Shown: in pieces, positions 1 through 10,885 of the stretch
Position numbering within the stretch: position 1 is the stretch's first letter
How the letters are laid out: each line of letters starts with the position of its first letter
Source of the DNA: Selaginella moellendorffii
Taxonomy: Eukaryota; Plantae; Lycopodiophyta
DNA length: 64,000 nucleotides
NCBI RefSeq assembly: GCF_000143415.4
Contig: NW_003314385.1
Location: 380,407 to 444,406 of the forward strand
Direction of reading: 5' to 3'
Notes under the pieces: generated by a model
What the model was told of the DNA's origin: nothing
Database searches by the model: none
The model's input: the letters and a program-made list of their open reading frames with translations, nothing else
Program-made: the position numbers and the translations under genes

Positions 1-1065
1 AGTAGAACTTGCAGTTCGTTCGACAGAGCACCCTTCCTGTAAGGAACACTCCCGAGTTACTCTCAATCCTGGTGAGCAGAAAATTATCTAGGCTCTGTGT
101 ACCTATGCAAAATTACCGCGAGCAAAAGCTGGTGGGATTCCTCTGGGCTAGCAACAAAGGCCATGCTCCATATCGTTCCCCATCCATACGTTGACTCTGC
201 GTCATTTGCTACGTTACCCGGTGCTGGATATGTTATGGCCTGAAGGAAGGGTGTCAGGCAACTAGTACCAGAAAGAAAAACACACTAGCCTTCTCGACGA
301 CATTCTCCCCAGCTGCAACAGAGGTAGGAAATATTGCTACCAAATCTTCGATAGCAGAAACCGCTACAGCGCGAGATCTGTATCACAAAAGGTTTCCTAT
401 GAAATAAAACGTTCGACTTTATCGCACCTGGAGTCGACAGCAAGTAGCCATCCGAGCTCGCGAAGAGAAGTCCCGGGATGAGAGAGATGAATTTGACTGA
501 CAGCCACAAACCTGTAAAAGAGAAAGAGAAAACAGGTAAGAAGAGCGAAAAAAACCTTGATTTTTCTAATTCCATGGTACCTGTGCAGATCGACACTGAA
601 AGTCAGGAAGGAGAGTTTTCCGGAATCTGAAAGCAGCACGAGTAAGTCCTTGCCGTAGGTCTATGATAGAGAGATGGAACATTAGTTAACAGTAGACTAT
701 AGCACAGTACATCGTTCTAAAGCATAGAATTTTATCTTACCTGCGAGTAAGGAGCTCGACGATGTTCATTCCAAGGGAGCAATTTCATGTCCTTGATGAT
801 TCCAAACACACTCTGCTCACACACCGGCTGCACGCTCCCATCTTCGACGAGCACGACAAGCTCCAGGGCGGTCTCCTGTGCGCAAATTCCAGCTCAAAAC
901 CAAGATAGATGGAGCTCCTACCTTGCCGAAGACCACCTCCAGCATCAGCGGCGATCGAATGTGGCCGCACACAGCATAAGAGACGACGCTGCTCTTCTGG
1001 AGGCATTTGGCGAGATAGAGAACCTCGCTGTCGTCCTCGGCAGCGCTCGCGTCCTGGACTGCCAT
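1..1065 (-). CDS. 5' part of a CPSF A-subunit / DDB1 / SF3B3(RSE1)-like beta-propeller protein gene, multi-exon, runs off the window start
   Basis: Exons read by hand: 1065-922, 875-741, 660-581, 511-428, ~377-290, 239-103, 36-1. Spliced product YLAKCLQKSSVV...EVVFGK/ETALELVVLVEDGSVQPVCEQSVFGIIKD/GKDLLVLLSDSGKLSFL/GTIWSMAF/RKGALSNEL matches my recollection of the N-terminus of plant CPSF-A-domain proteins (Arabidopsis At3g11960 type). Introns are 46-80 nt. Confidence 0.85.
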
Positions 1066-1314
1066 GGCTTTGCGAACTTTAGGGCATTATGTTAACCTAA
1101 AATGTCTACGAATATTCCCACTTTTACCCTTTCATTTTATAAGCAATGTTTTAAGAGACATTGGAATCGACAATGGAGTACGAATATTTCCAACTGATTC
1201 TTGAGATAATCCCGCATCAGCATTAAGACTTCATCTGTAGTCGTCATGGAATCTCTCTATTGTTTCATATGTTTATCTGGGATCCTATAATGGAGCATTG
1301 ATAGAAACATTTTA

Positions 1315-2226
1315 TTAAATCAAGCAAACTTTTGTGGAAGCCCACATTTGGTATATCCATGGTTTAAGATGGAATATTTTTTGATAACTTGCATATAAAA
1401 CTAATCTACAATCATCTTGAAGTATTAAATATGAATTTACAAAACAATTTTTAGTTTTGCAATTTGTATTTGATGCCCATAAAGATTGCTCATTTTCTTC
1501 ATATAGAACTAGATTACCATCTTCCTGGAGCCTCAACTTACAATTTGTACCTCTATTTGCAGTTTTGGTAGACCATAATATAAGATTTTTATAATATAAT
1601 ATTAAATTACAAATGCTATTTACATATAAATGTGCTTTTCCATTTGGGGAAATTAAAAAAGAATTTTCTGACAAATACTGACGTGGCATATTGATATAGC
1701 CACTTATTAATGTACTAAGAAAAATATTACATTTAAGCATGTTACCAACTGAAGTTAATAATTCAGGTCTACGAGGGATATAATTTCTTATCATATATTG
1801 AAAAGCATAATGTTCAGTAACAACAGTAACATAAGAAGCAGCAACATTTACTATTTGACTATAAGCTTCTTCCAAAAGTGCACCTAACTCACCTCTTATA
1901 AGAGATCCAGGATCAGTACCACCAGCTGCATTCATTGCACATTTTGCAAATGATCGTTCAACTCTGCTATAAATCCAAAGACTAATAGCAATAGTTGTAC
2001 TAGTTCCATCGTCATTTTCAAATACAGCTGTACCATCTTGTCTTTGACCTCTTGGATAATTATCATTGGCTATGAAAGCAATCATTCCTCCAATACCATT
2101 TAAAATCGCACGAACAGAGTCGTCATCTAATGCATTTAACTCACCATAATCAATTTGATAAGAGGATTGTACTTGTGAAAAAAAACTAGATAATAAAAAT
2201 AAATTAAAAAAATAAATAAAATTCAT
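1315..2226 (-). CDS. Secreted protein: unknown N-terminal domain + C-terminal bulb-type (GNA-like) mannose-binding lectin domain
   Basis: Intronless 303-aa ORF with a hydrophobic signal peptide (MNFIYFFNLFLLSSFFSQVQS). The C-terminus has the QxDxNxVxY motif (LQEDGNLVLY), a degenerate copy (LQDDCRLVLY) and WASNT/WAST. Confidence 0.85.
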   Translation of the reverse strand: MNFIYFFNLFLLSSFFSQVQSSYQIDYGELNALDDDSVRAILNGIGGMIAFIANDNYPRGQRQDGTAVFENDDGTSTTIAISLWIYSRVERSFAKCAMNAAGGTDPGSLIRGELGALLEEAYSQIVNVAASYVTVVTEHYAFQYMIRNYIPRRPELLTSVGNMLKCNIFLSTLISGYINMPRQYLSENSFLISPNGKAHLYVNSICNLILYYKNLILWSTKTANRGTNCKLRLQEDGNLVLYEENEQSLWASNTNCKTKNCFVNSYLILQDDCRLVLYASYQKIFHLKPWIYQMWASTKVCLI

Positions 2227-2473
2227 AATTAGTAATATGTAGTACTAAGATTTTATTATAGTAATTTTCTTGACAACCCCCTTATCCCATATCCATATAT
2301 ATGTAGTATTAGCTTGTATTTTAACGTTTCATACAATCATTCAAGTAAAATAAAAAAGTGGTGTAATCCTTGAGAATTGCTTCATTATTAAACGACAAAG
2401 GCGGGGAAGAAGGCGGGAAGCTCTCTGGCGGAAGTCTAAGAATATAAAAATGTCCCAAACTAAACTTAGAGTA

Positions 2474-2780
2474 ATCTTGTCTATCCAACTGGATATCACT
2501 CTGGAGCTCCAGGCAACCTTGTCCACGCGACACTGTCTGCCGGCTCAGCTCTCCAGATCTTGCAATGGTATCTGCCATGAAACCATAGAGCTCATAACTT
2601 GGACTCAAGCCTCGGCTCTAAGTGCTCGGAACCGCAAATGCAGTGAGCTCGTCAGGCTTGATGCCATCAAGCACCATGAGCTGGAAGAAATGAAATGAAT
2701 CTTGCATTAGACCATTCTGGACATACGCCTGGATCATAGAATTATCGAATGAAAAACGTTGCCAACCTCCTGCACAAGCC
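2474..2780 (-). pseudogene. Multiply deleted fragment of the 3' end of the PPR gene at 55696-57558
   Basis: Near-identical blocks, e.g. GCTCAGCTCTCCAGATCTTGCAATG...CATAACTTGGACTCAAGCC and GCAAATGCAGTGAGCTCGTCAGGCTTGATGCCATCAAGCACCATGAGCTGGAAGAAATGAAATGAATC, match ~55745-56220. Several short deletions separate the blocks. Confidence 0.85.
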
Positions 2781-2849
2781 AGCGGCCGTCCCATAGGTAT
2801 GTCAACCTAAGAAGTTCCCACTGTTTTCAGTGGCTTCACGGAATATGTT

Positions 2850-4745
2850 ATGCCCGTGAAATGGCGCGACGAAGAAACGCTCCATTACCTCTCGCGAGCC
2901 GTGAGATCTTGTGGGATCAATCGGGACCTCGCGGAGGGCAAGCGCATCCACGCAAGAATTCTCGAAGGAAGCCACAGCAAAAACAGGTATCTCACCAATC
3001 TCCTCATCGAGATGTATGGGAAATGTGGCAGCCTCGAAGACGCACAATCGGTGCTCGACTCCATCGACAACCCAAATCGCTTCTCCTACACGCTCATGAT
3101 CCAGGCGTATGCCCACAGCGGCCACGCCCGGTTCATGCGCCAGGCGCGATTCTTGCTGGATCGAATGCCTGAGGCCGACGCTGTCGCAGCCAACATCATG
3201 ATCAAGGGATACATACGACTGGGCGATCTTTGCAGCGCCCAAGAGATCTTTGACCGGATGGATCACAAGACGCTGGCAACCTCAAGCCTCATGATCGCGG
3301 CATATGCCCAATGTGGGCATCTCTACGAATCCTGGAACTTGTTCTTACGAATGGAAAGCCGGGACTTTCTTATCTGGACGGCACTTGTGACTGCGTGTGC
3401 TGATATTGGTAAACTCGACGAAGCTCTTCGAGTGCTTCATCAGATGCCCAAGTGGGATGTTGTCCCGTGGACTGTTGTTCTTACAGCATTTGCCCGGATT
3501 GGGCATTATGATTCTGCTAGAAGACTATTTGATAGTATGCCGTACACAGATAGGATCTCTCAAAATGCAATGCTCAATGTGTATGGACAAGATAATAGAA
3601 CTCATGAATTGAAACAGCTCTTCCACAACATGCCCGAGCGGGATATCATAAGCTGGACTTCTATGATGGCTGCAAATGCCACACAAGGTAATGTGGACGA
3701 TGCGCGAGGCTTGTTTGACAGGATCCCGCAGCGGAATACTGTGGCATGGAACACCATGATCCAGGCTTACGCCGAGAAGAAAAACCTCCATGAGGCTCTC
3801 TCGATGTTCATGGCGATGGAGCAGCCGGATGTCATCTCCTGGACGCACCTTATTGCTGCCTTCTCTGAAAATGGATTCCTTGATCAAGCAAAGTTCATGT
3901 TTGACAGGATCCCTCTGCGAGATATGGTCTCTTTCAATGGAATGCTTGCGGCTCTCCTCAAGAACGATCGTCTTGACGATGCCAAGGCAATGTTTAATGA
4001 GATCCCGGAGAGAAACCTGGCATCCTGGAATCTCTTGATCGGTGGGTTCTCGGACCGAGGAGAGCTTGACGCCGTGAAGCATTCGCTGGAGATAATCCCG
4101 CAGCGAGACTTCATCTCGTGGAACTCATTGGTGGCAGTCTATGTCCAAGCTCATCAGCTCGACCAAGCAAAAGCCGCTTTTGACGAGCTTCCCCAGCGAG
4201 ATTGGTCGTCATGGAATCTCTTAGTCTCGGGTTACGCTCAAACAGGAAAACTCCAAACAGCGGCACAATGGTTCGGTCGAATGCCGCAGTGGAACGTTGT
4301 CTCATGGAACGCTCTCATCGCTGGTCATGCCAAGCATGGCGTCGAGTCGATTGCATTGAATCTCCTCTCGAGCATGAGCCTGGAAGGAGTAATACCAGAC
4401 TCAACCACATTTAGCAGCGTTTTGGCCGTCTACAGCCACAAAGGGATGCTGGCCGCCTGCCGAGAAATCTTTGGACTCATGGTCCGAGACCACTGGATCG
4501 ATCCGAGCTTACAGCAGTTTTGCGGTGTGGTGGACGCCTTGGGCCGGAGTGGCAAGCTGAGTGAGGCTGAGGAGCTTGCGTCTGCCATGCCTTATTTGCC
4601 AAACCGTGCGGTATGCAATGCACTACTCGGTGCGTGTAACATCCATAGCGATGTGACTCGCGGTGAGAGAATGGCAAGCTGCGCAGTGGATGTTGCTCCA
4701 AGCTCAGGTACCTCCTACGTGCTCTTGTCCAATATGTCCTCTTGA
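2850..4745 (+). CDS. PLS-class pentatricopeptide repeat protein (E1 domain, no DYW)
   Basis: 631-aa intronless ORF of tandem PPR motifs (LIEMYGKCG, VSWNALIAG, VVDALGRSGKL). Ends ALLGACNIH...SYVLLSNM. Confidence 0.95.
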   Translation: MPVKWRDEETLHYLSRAVRSCGINRDLAEGKRIHARILEGSHSKNRYLTNLLIEMYGKCGSLEDAQSVLDSIDNPNRFSYTLMIQAYAHSGHARFMRQARFLLDRMPEADAVAANIMIKGYIRLGDLCSAQEIFDRMDHKTLATSSLMIAAYAQCGHLYESWNLFLRMESRDFLIWTALVTACADIGKLDEALRVLHQMPKWDVVPWTVVLTAFARIGHYDSARRLFDSMPYTDRISQNAMLNVYGQDNRTHELKQLFHNMPERDIISWTSMMAANATQGNVDDARGLFDRIPQRNTVAWNTMIQAYAEKKNLHEALSMFMAMEQPDVISWTHLIAAFSENGFLDQAKFMFDRIPLRDMVSFNGMLAALLKNDRLDDAKAMFNEIPERNLASWNLLIGGFSDRGELDAVKHSLEIIPQRDFISWNSLVAVYVQAHQLDQAKAAFDELPQRDWSSWNLLVSGYAQTGKLQTAAQWFGRMPQWNVVSWNALIAGHAKHGVESIALNLLSSMSLEGVIPDSTTFSSVLAVYSHKGMLAACREIFGLMVRDHWIDPSLQQFCGVVDALGRSGKLSEAEELASAMPYLPNRAVCNALLGACNIHSDVTRGERMASCAVDVAPSSGTSYVLLSNMSS

Positions 4746-5005
4746 TAATAATTTAAAAATGTTTCTGTATTATTCTTGAATTCTTAGGCTACTATATATT
4801 ATATGCTTGCAAACCTGGAAAAAATATTTTTATGTATTTTTATTACTAGTAAAATTATAAAAGTAGAGAAAAAAGATACTGGAAGAATTAATAACATATA
4901 AAAGGAAAGAGATATTTTATTTTATTGAAGGCTGATAGTTTAAATTGACTTATGCTATTTTTCAATGTGGCAATTAAAAGTAATATTAAATATTTAATAC
5001 AAATT

Positions 5006-5890
5006 TCAACAAAATGATTTTGAATCCCATGCAGGTTTGAATTTGGGATTACTACTAAACGTTTTTTGATATGCATAATATAAGACTAAATTACAATCAT
5101 TTTGCATGACTAAATATGCATCTTGATAACAATTATAATAATTACATTGAGTATTTGTAGCCCAAACAACAATTTTATTATATGAATATAAAACTAAGTT
5201 TCCATCTTCTTGTAATCTTAAAATACAATTATTTCCCTTAATTAAAGTTTCTGGAGACCATAAATGTTTATCCTCTTTATATACACCTAAGTTGCAATCA
5301 AAACTCAAATATAAATATACTTTTCTATTTTCTGAGACTAAAAAATTTGTTGATAATAAGTATTGATGAGACATATCAGTATAACCACTTATTAAAAAAC
5401 TTGAGAGAATGTTGCATTTAGTATGTTTCACTAAAACTTGTTGCCCTATTTGATGTTGCCTATTGTAGTTTCTAATAAAATAATAAATAATAAATCTTTC
5501 AGTAGTTATAACAATAAATGAGGCAGCAAAATTATATATATCAGCAGTAGACTCATCTAAAATATTTTCTAATAAATATCTTACATTAGAGCCTAGAGTT
5601 CCTCTTCCTCTATAATACTCAACACCACAAATCTCTCCAATTGTATCTAGAAGGAAAACACCAAATCCAATATATGTTTGTCTTCAACCTATATGTGTAG
5701 CTATTATATGCCCATGAAAACTTTGACTTTGTGGAATTAAATCATTTGGTATTTTACCAATGGCACTTCTAATCCCTTGTAAAATAACATATATAGTGCC
5801 TTCGCCTAGTACATTACTTTCTCCAGTTTCAAAATCAATACTTTCAGAAATTACAATTATTAGAATAAGAAATGGAATAATTCTATACAT
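5006..5890 (-). pseudogene. Second secreted unknown-domain + bulb-lectin gene, paralog of 1315-2226, with one in-frame TGA at 5684-5686
   Basis: ORFs 5684-5890 and 5006-5431 share a frame. The sequence between them is open and homologous to paralog 1 (LENILDESTADIYNFAASFIVITTERFIIYYFIRNY vs LGALLEEAYSQIVNVAASYVTVVTEHYAFQYMIRNY). Lectin motifs LQEDGNLVLY and MQNDCNLVLY. Confidence 0.8.
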
Positions 5891-8123
5891 TACAGTATAT
5901 CAATATATAAGTTAAGAGAAATAAATAAACTAGTTTTACTCTTTAAAAATTTATAGAATATATGTAAACATGGTCACACATACACAGAGATAATACATAC
6001 ATACATACATATATAGCTTCATTTATTTAGCTTCATTGTCTCTAGCTTCATTTATTTCTTAAACTTCAAATTCTTTCTCTTTGAATATCTGAAAAACTTA
6101 TTTTAATTTTTTTACTGTTTCTTAGGTAATATATTTTATTATGAAAATTGTACTATTATTTATTGACAAATGTAAAAAATACTTTTATTATTTAACTTTT
6201 ATTATCATAAGCTATTATAATAGGATATTAATTCCAGTGCATAAATTAACTTCTTGTGTTAGAATTAAGCATGTTTAATAGTATATGAGGTCTCTACATA
6301 CAAATGTATATATATAGTGGGGGGTTCCAAGGGATAATGGTTGGAATGCATGTCTAACCATCTGAGATGTTAATTTGACTTTTGCTGGGCTGTATTACTC
6401 TTTGTTTTGTGTTTGGTTTAGGTCTAAGCCCAACTTTTACATTGCTTTAGTCGGTGGGGTACCTTCCTTGTCGCGTTAGACCATTAGTATGCCAAAATTG
6501 TGCCAAACACCATCTGACACCATTTTGTATGTAGATGCTAGATATGGGGAGCTTATGCTTATAAGATTAAGAGTGTATTGGACCCTCATTTCGTAGTATA
6601 ATGGGCTTGGAGTTTGAATCCAAATTCAAGTGCATTACATTTGGTATCAGAAGAATTGTTTTAACGATTCCTATACAACTTTTGTCAGATTTTTTAACTC
6701 AAGTTGCATACGCAAAGACTTTTCTAGTAGATCTAAAGTGACATGTGTAGGATTAGTTAGATTGCACCATTCAGTAAGAATGTTATATGTATATTCAGTT
6801 ACTGATAGAGGTATGCATGTAGCTAGCGAGATGGTGAAAAGGAATTGTGTTGATGATACTAAAACCTTAAGATAGGTGAATCGGGAGGAGGAAACTCTTG
6901 CTAGAGATGTTGCAAAAGAGGCTAAGGTTGAGTCAAAAGAGGAAGAGTCTAATGTTGCAACACTACAACATACGGCTCAAAAAATTGAAATTGAGAATTT
7001 GCAAAGGGAAGTTCACAAATTGAAGAAGGAGAACAAGAAAAGGAAGAAAGAAACTAAAGCAAGTAAACCAACTAAACTTAAGCAATATAACTCCTTTTCA
7101 AGTTCTGAGGACGATGAAATTCTGCAACCACCCTTAGTTGCATAAGTTTCAAAGTTCAAACTTCCAAAACCACCCAATTTTAGAGTCATATGGGACTATC
7201 AGGTTTTGGAAGATTAGGTCTACAATATCGAAAATTATTTAATAGCGGCAAATGTAGATGATCATATGAAAGTTGCGTGTGCACAATCCTTTCTCACCGA
7301 TCATGCCAAAACTTGGTGGTGCCAAGTTTGTGCTGAAAAAGGGCAAACTAGAAATTGGACCAAGATATGGTCTTGTATTTATAAGGAATACTTGCCAAAT
7401 GATCTTGGTCTAAAACTTCGTGCAAAGCTGTGGTGATTAAAGCAGCAAGGGGACCTTATACAGTACATTAATGCGTTTGTTTAGAAGTGCATTATGATTG
7501 CAAATATGAGTGATGAAGATGCTTGAAATTAGTTTTTGGAAGGTTTAAATTCACTTTTTTGTAATGAGATTTTGAAGTTTAAGCCAAAAATGTATCTGCA
7601 GTGTAAGGAGGTAGTATAACAAGTTGCCTTTAGTCACTCGCTCATAAAACAATATCAACAACCGTATGCTGGTACCTTAGACAAGAATAAAAACTCTAGG
7701 AATAAACAAAGTGATCAGAAATAGAGGGTGGAAGGAAAGTTTCACCTTGGAGGCTCACAAGCAAAGGTTAATAAAGGTGGTGGTTGACGACCACCAACAA
7801 CTTCTTTTAGTCCTAAGTCCTTTGTTCCTCCTCCTGGTGGGTACAAGCAGCAGTAACATGTGAAACCTAGTCCTAGTGGAACAGATAGTGTGGGTCATTG
7901 CTTCTATTGTGGAGAGACAGAACATAGGTCATTGGAATGTCCCAACAAGCATAAGACAAAGTCTTGTGTTAATGTCATAAGGGAAGATAGTGATGGTGAA
8001 GTTGATAAGGTTGATGACTTGGTCAATGCAAATTATGAGGAAGAGGAAGTGAGTTACTTTTGTTACTTTCCTCAAACTTTTCTCGCAGTCTATGCAAATG
8101 CTGATCTGTTGATGTATCTGGTA

Positions 8124-9777
8124 TACTTAGTCTTGGTGGCCCTGCGCCTTGGCTAAGGATGGTGATGTCCAACTTGGTTGGTTAAGGTTAAGATGTTGGT
8201 ACCTGTACTATAGCTTTGTCTATGAGGAGGTTGTGTACCGATATGAGTTCATCTCATGGTCTTCACTTTCGTTTTGGCTGAGTGTTGATCATGCATAGCT
8301 AGCCTCTTCAAGGCATGCTCAGAGCTATTGACTAGGTGTGCTAGTGAGCTTATTGTGGTTGAATTGGATTCGAGTGGTCATTTAGTTTGTGCTTGTCTAT
8401 GAATTTTTATCTCGTACCTGGGGTATCACGTTCATATTGGGCAAGTATATAACTTGATGACAAGAGTTGGTGTTTGCGTCTTGTGAAGGCAAGTTGAGGA
8501 GTGATTGTTAGTTGCTTTGTGACTAGTGATTACTTGTAGACTTCGTCAAGGACCGTTGACACTTGCTTTGCTCGATGATGATTTAACAGTGATGGGCTTG
8601 CTTTACCGGATGGTGTTGCGGAGGATCGTGTCATTAGGCTGGCGTGGTTTTTCCATGTTAGCATGTCAATTCCTTTGTCGATATCATTTGGTTACGTTTG
8701 GTCTATAGTGTTGGATTTCATTGAGTCTTTGATGTGGTGATTCACTCCCTTCATTAGTTTGTACTGGCTTTCGAAAATGGAATGGTTTTCGAGCAAAGTG
8801 ATCAACAGATTAGCCATTGGAAAAATCTAAGAAAATTTGTGGAAAATTTCCCATCCTAGAGAAAGAATGACTCTCAGTCCAGGAATGCAAACTTTCAAGA
8901 CTCAACCAACTTCCTCCTACTAACAACTTCACATAGGTTCACCTCAACACAAGTTCTCATGACCAACAATATGCTTAAGCATCGAACATCTTTGCCCATT
9001 TAACCGATATCCAACACCGACATCCGCAAAGTGCTAAATGAATATCTAAAACTTGATCACGAAGACCACATCTTTGGATATCCACATTGCACTAACACTC
9101 TTCTTCAATCACCTTCAAGATTCAATGTGAAGTCAAAACACTAACAAGAAAAATGACATGGAAAATCAAGCTCTAAGGAAAATTCCTCATCACTCGAATC
9201 AACAATGCCACTTCCACTAACACAAGTGCTAGCGATGTCAATGCATCAACCTCACACCTTCTCCATCCAATAATCTACTCCAAGTGCTAACGGATCAATA
9301 GATGAGCTATAGCAAATGAATGCTACAACCCATTCCCAACACCTTATGGGCAAACCCTCAAGGAAACAAGGTACCAACATAAGCTTAGCATAATGAACCA
9401 CCATTGAGAATCCAGTCAAAGCTACTACAATGCTACTTCGTGCAAGTAGACTAGCTTCTCCATCAACCACTTTGGGGTTGATCATCATTTACCCAAGCAA
9501 CTTCGTAAACACATTGCTCATTATCACATGGATATGATATAAATCACAATGACTTGATCATCAATTGAGTAACGCAATGAGCAAGGCTTATGTCATTACT
9601 TCAAACGTTTATGTGAGTATCAAATGCCAACTCGATTCGACAAAATGCAACATAAATGCCACACTCCACCGATAGAGATTTACAACACCCAACATCACTA
9701 ACTTTTGTTCACCACACGGGCAAGCTCATGCCACTCTCTTTCCGACCAAACTCAAAACTAATCCAACACCAAGCTAC
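8124..9777. mobile_element. Rearranged fragment of the non-coding family-A element's internal region
   Basis: 8125-~8748 matches the reverse complement of ~43620-44251. ~8748-9777 matches ~44500-45529 in the forward direction. Confidence 0.8.
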
Positions 9778-10694
9778 TGTCGCGAATGTGACTTCGGGTA
9801 TCGAAAGATACTTGTCGGCTAGTCCTTACGGACACTCTTTCCTTACTGCCATGACGGCAGGAGGTCGGTACAGTTGGTTCCCTTTATCGTTCCCACTTGA
9901 GCTAGTTGAGAAACTGGTCAATGACCGTGCACTTAAATTGGATAAACATAAGGTAGGAACCCTATGTGTTTCTTGCTGAGCATACTCGGCCTGGTTTGAG
10001 AAACTCGTATCATTGGCTTGCACTTGCTAGTATCAAGAACCCCCGTGATATTGAGACTAGTCCCTCAATATTTACTAGATGATAGCTTACCGTGTTTGCC
10101 AAACACCCTCGCTATCACGCCTTTTGTGTTGGTCTCATTTTGGTCCCAAATGCTATTTATGGAAAGTGTCTAGATTAGATCATTTGGCATATCTACGGAA
10201 TGTAGAGATCAGCCTGAACACAATGGTGTTTGTCCCGTGTCCAAATTCACAATCTAAGGACATTCCATACTTAGTAAGTTTCGGACTTGTCCTAGAGACT
10301 AACTCCTGGTACTAAGGGAGGCTTGGGGTGAAAGCCCAAAGCGTATGTCCCTCAAGGGGGGGGGGCTATGGGGGGTTCCAAATGTATAGTAGGGATAGTG
10401 GTTGGAATGCATGTCCGACCACCTGAGACATTAGTTTGGCTCCCGCTGGGCTGTGTCGCTCCTTGTTCTGCGTCCGGCTTGAGTCTAAGCCCAAGCTCCA
10501 CGCTGCTCTAGTCGGTGGAGTACCCTCCTTCTCGCGTTAGGCCACCGGTATGCCAAAATTGTGCCAGACTCCGTCTGACACCATTTTGCGTGCAGGTGCT
10601 GGATACGGGGAGCTGGTGCTCGTGGGATTGTACCGGACCCTCGTTTCGTAGCGCAACGGGCTTGGAGTTCGGCTCCAAATTCAGGTGCGCTACA
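9778..10694 (+). repeat. 5' LTR of young chromovirus
   Basis: TGTCGCGAATG...GCGCTACA, repeated at 16208-17124. Confidence 0.95.
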
Positions 10695-10696
10695 TT

Positions 10697-10707
10697 TGGT
10701 ATCAGAG
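10697..10707 (+). promoter_or_regulatory. Primer binding site (tRNA-iMet)
   Basis: TGGTATCAGAG 2 nt after the LTR end. Confidence 0.9.
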
Positions 10708-10885
10708 AAATTGTCTCAACGATTTCTATCCAACTTTTGTCGGATTTTCTGACTCAAGTTGCATACGCAGAGACTTTTCTAGTAGATCCGAAGCGACCTG
10801 TGTAGGATTAGTTGGATTGCACCATTTGGTAAGAATGTTGTATGCATGTTCAGTTACTGATAGAGGCATGCATGCAGCTAGCAGG

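Noticed and set aside
2850-4745. DYW editing deaminase domain on either PPR gene
   Set aside because: Both ORFs stop right after the E1-type motif, with no HxE/CxxC/DYW downstream.
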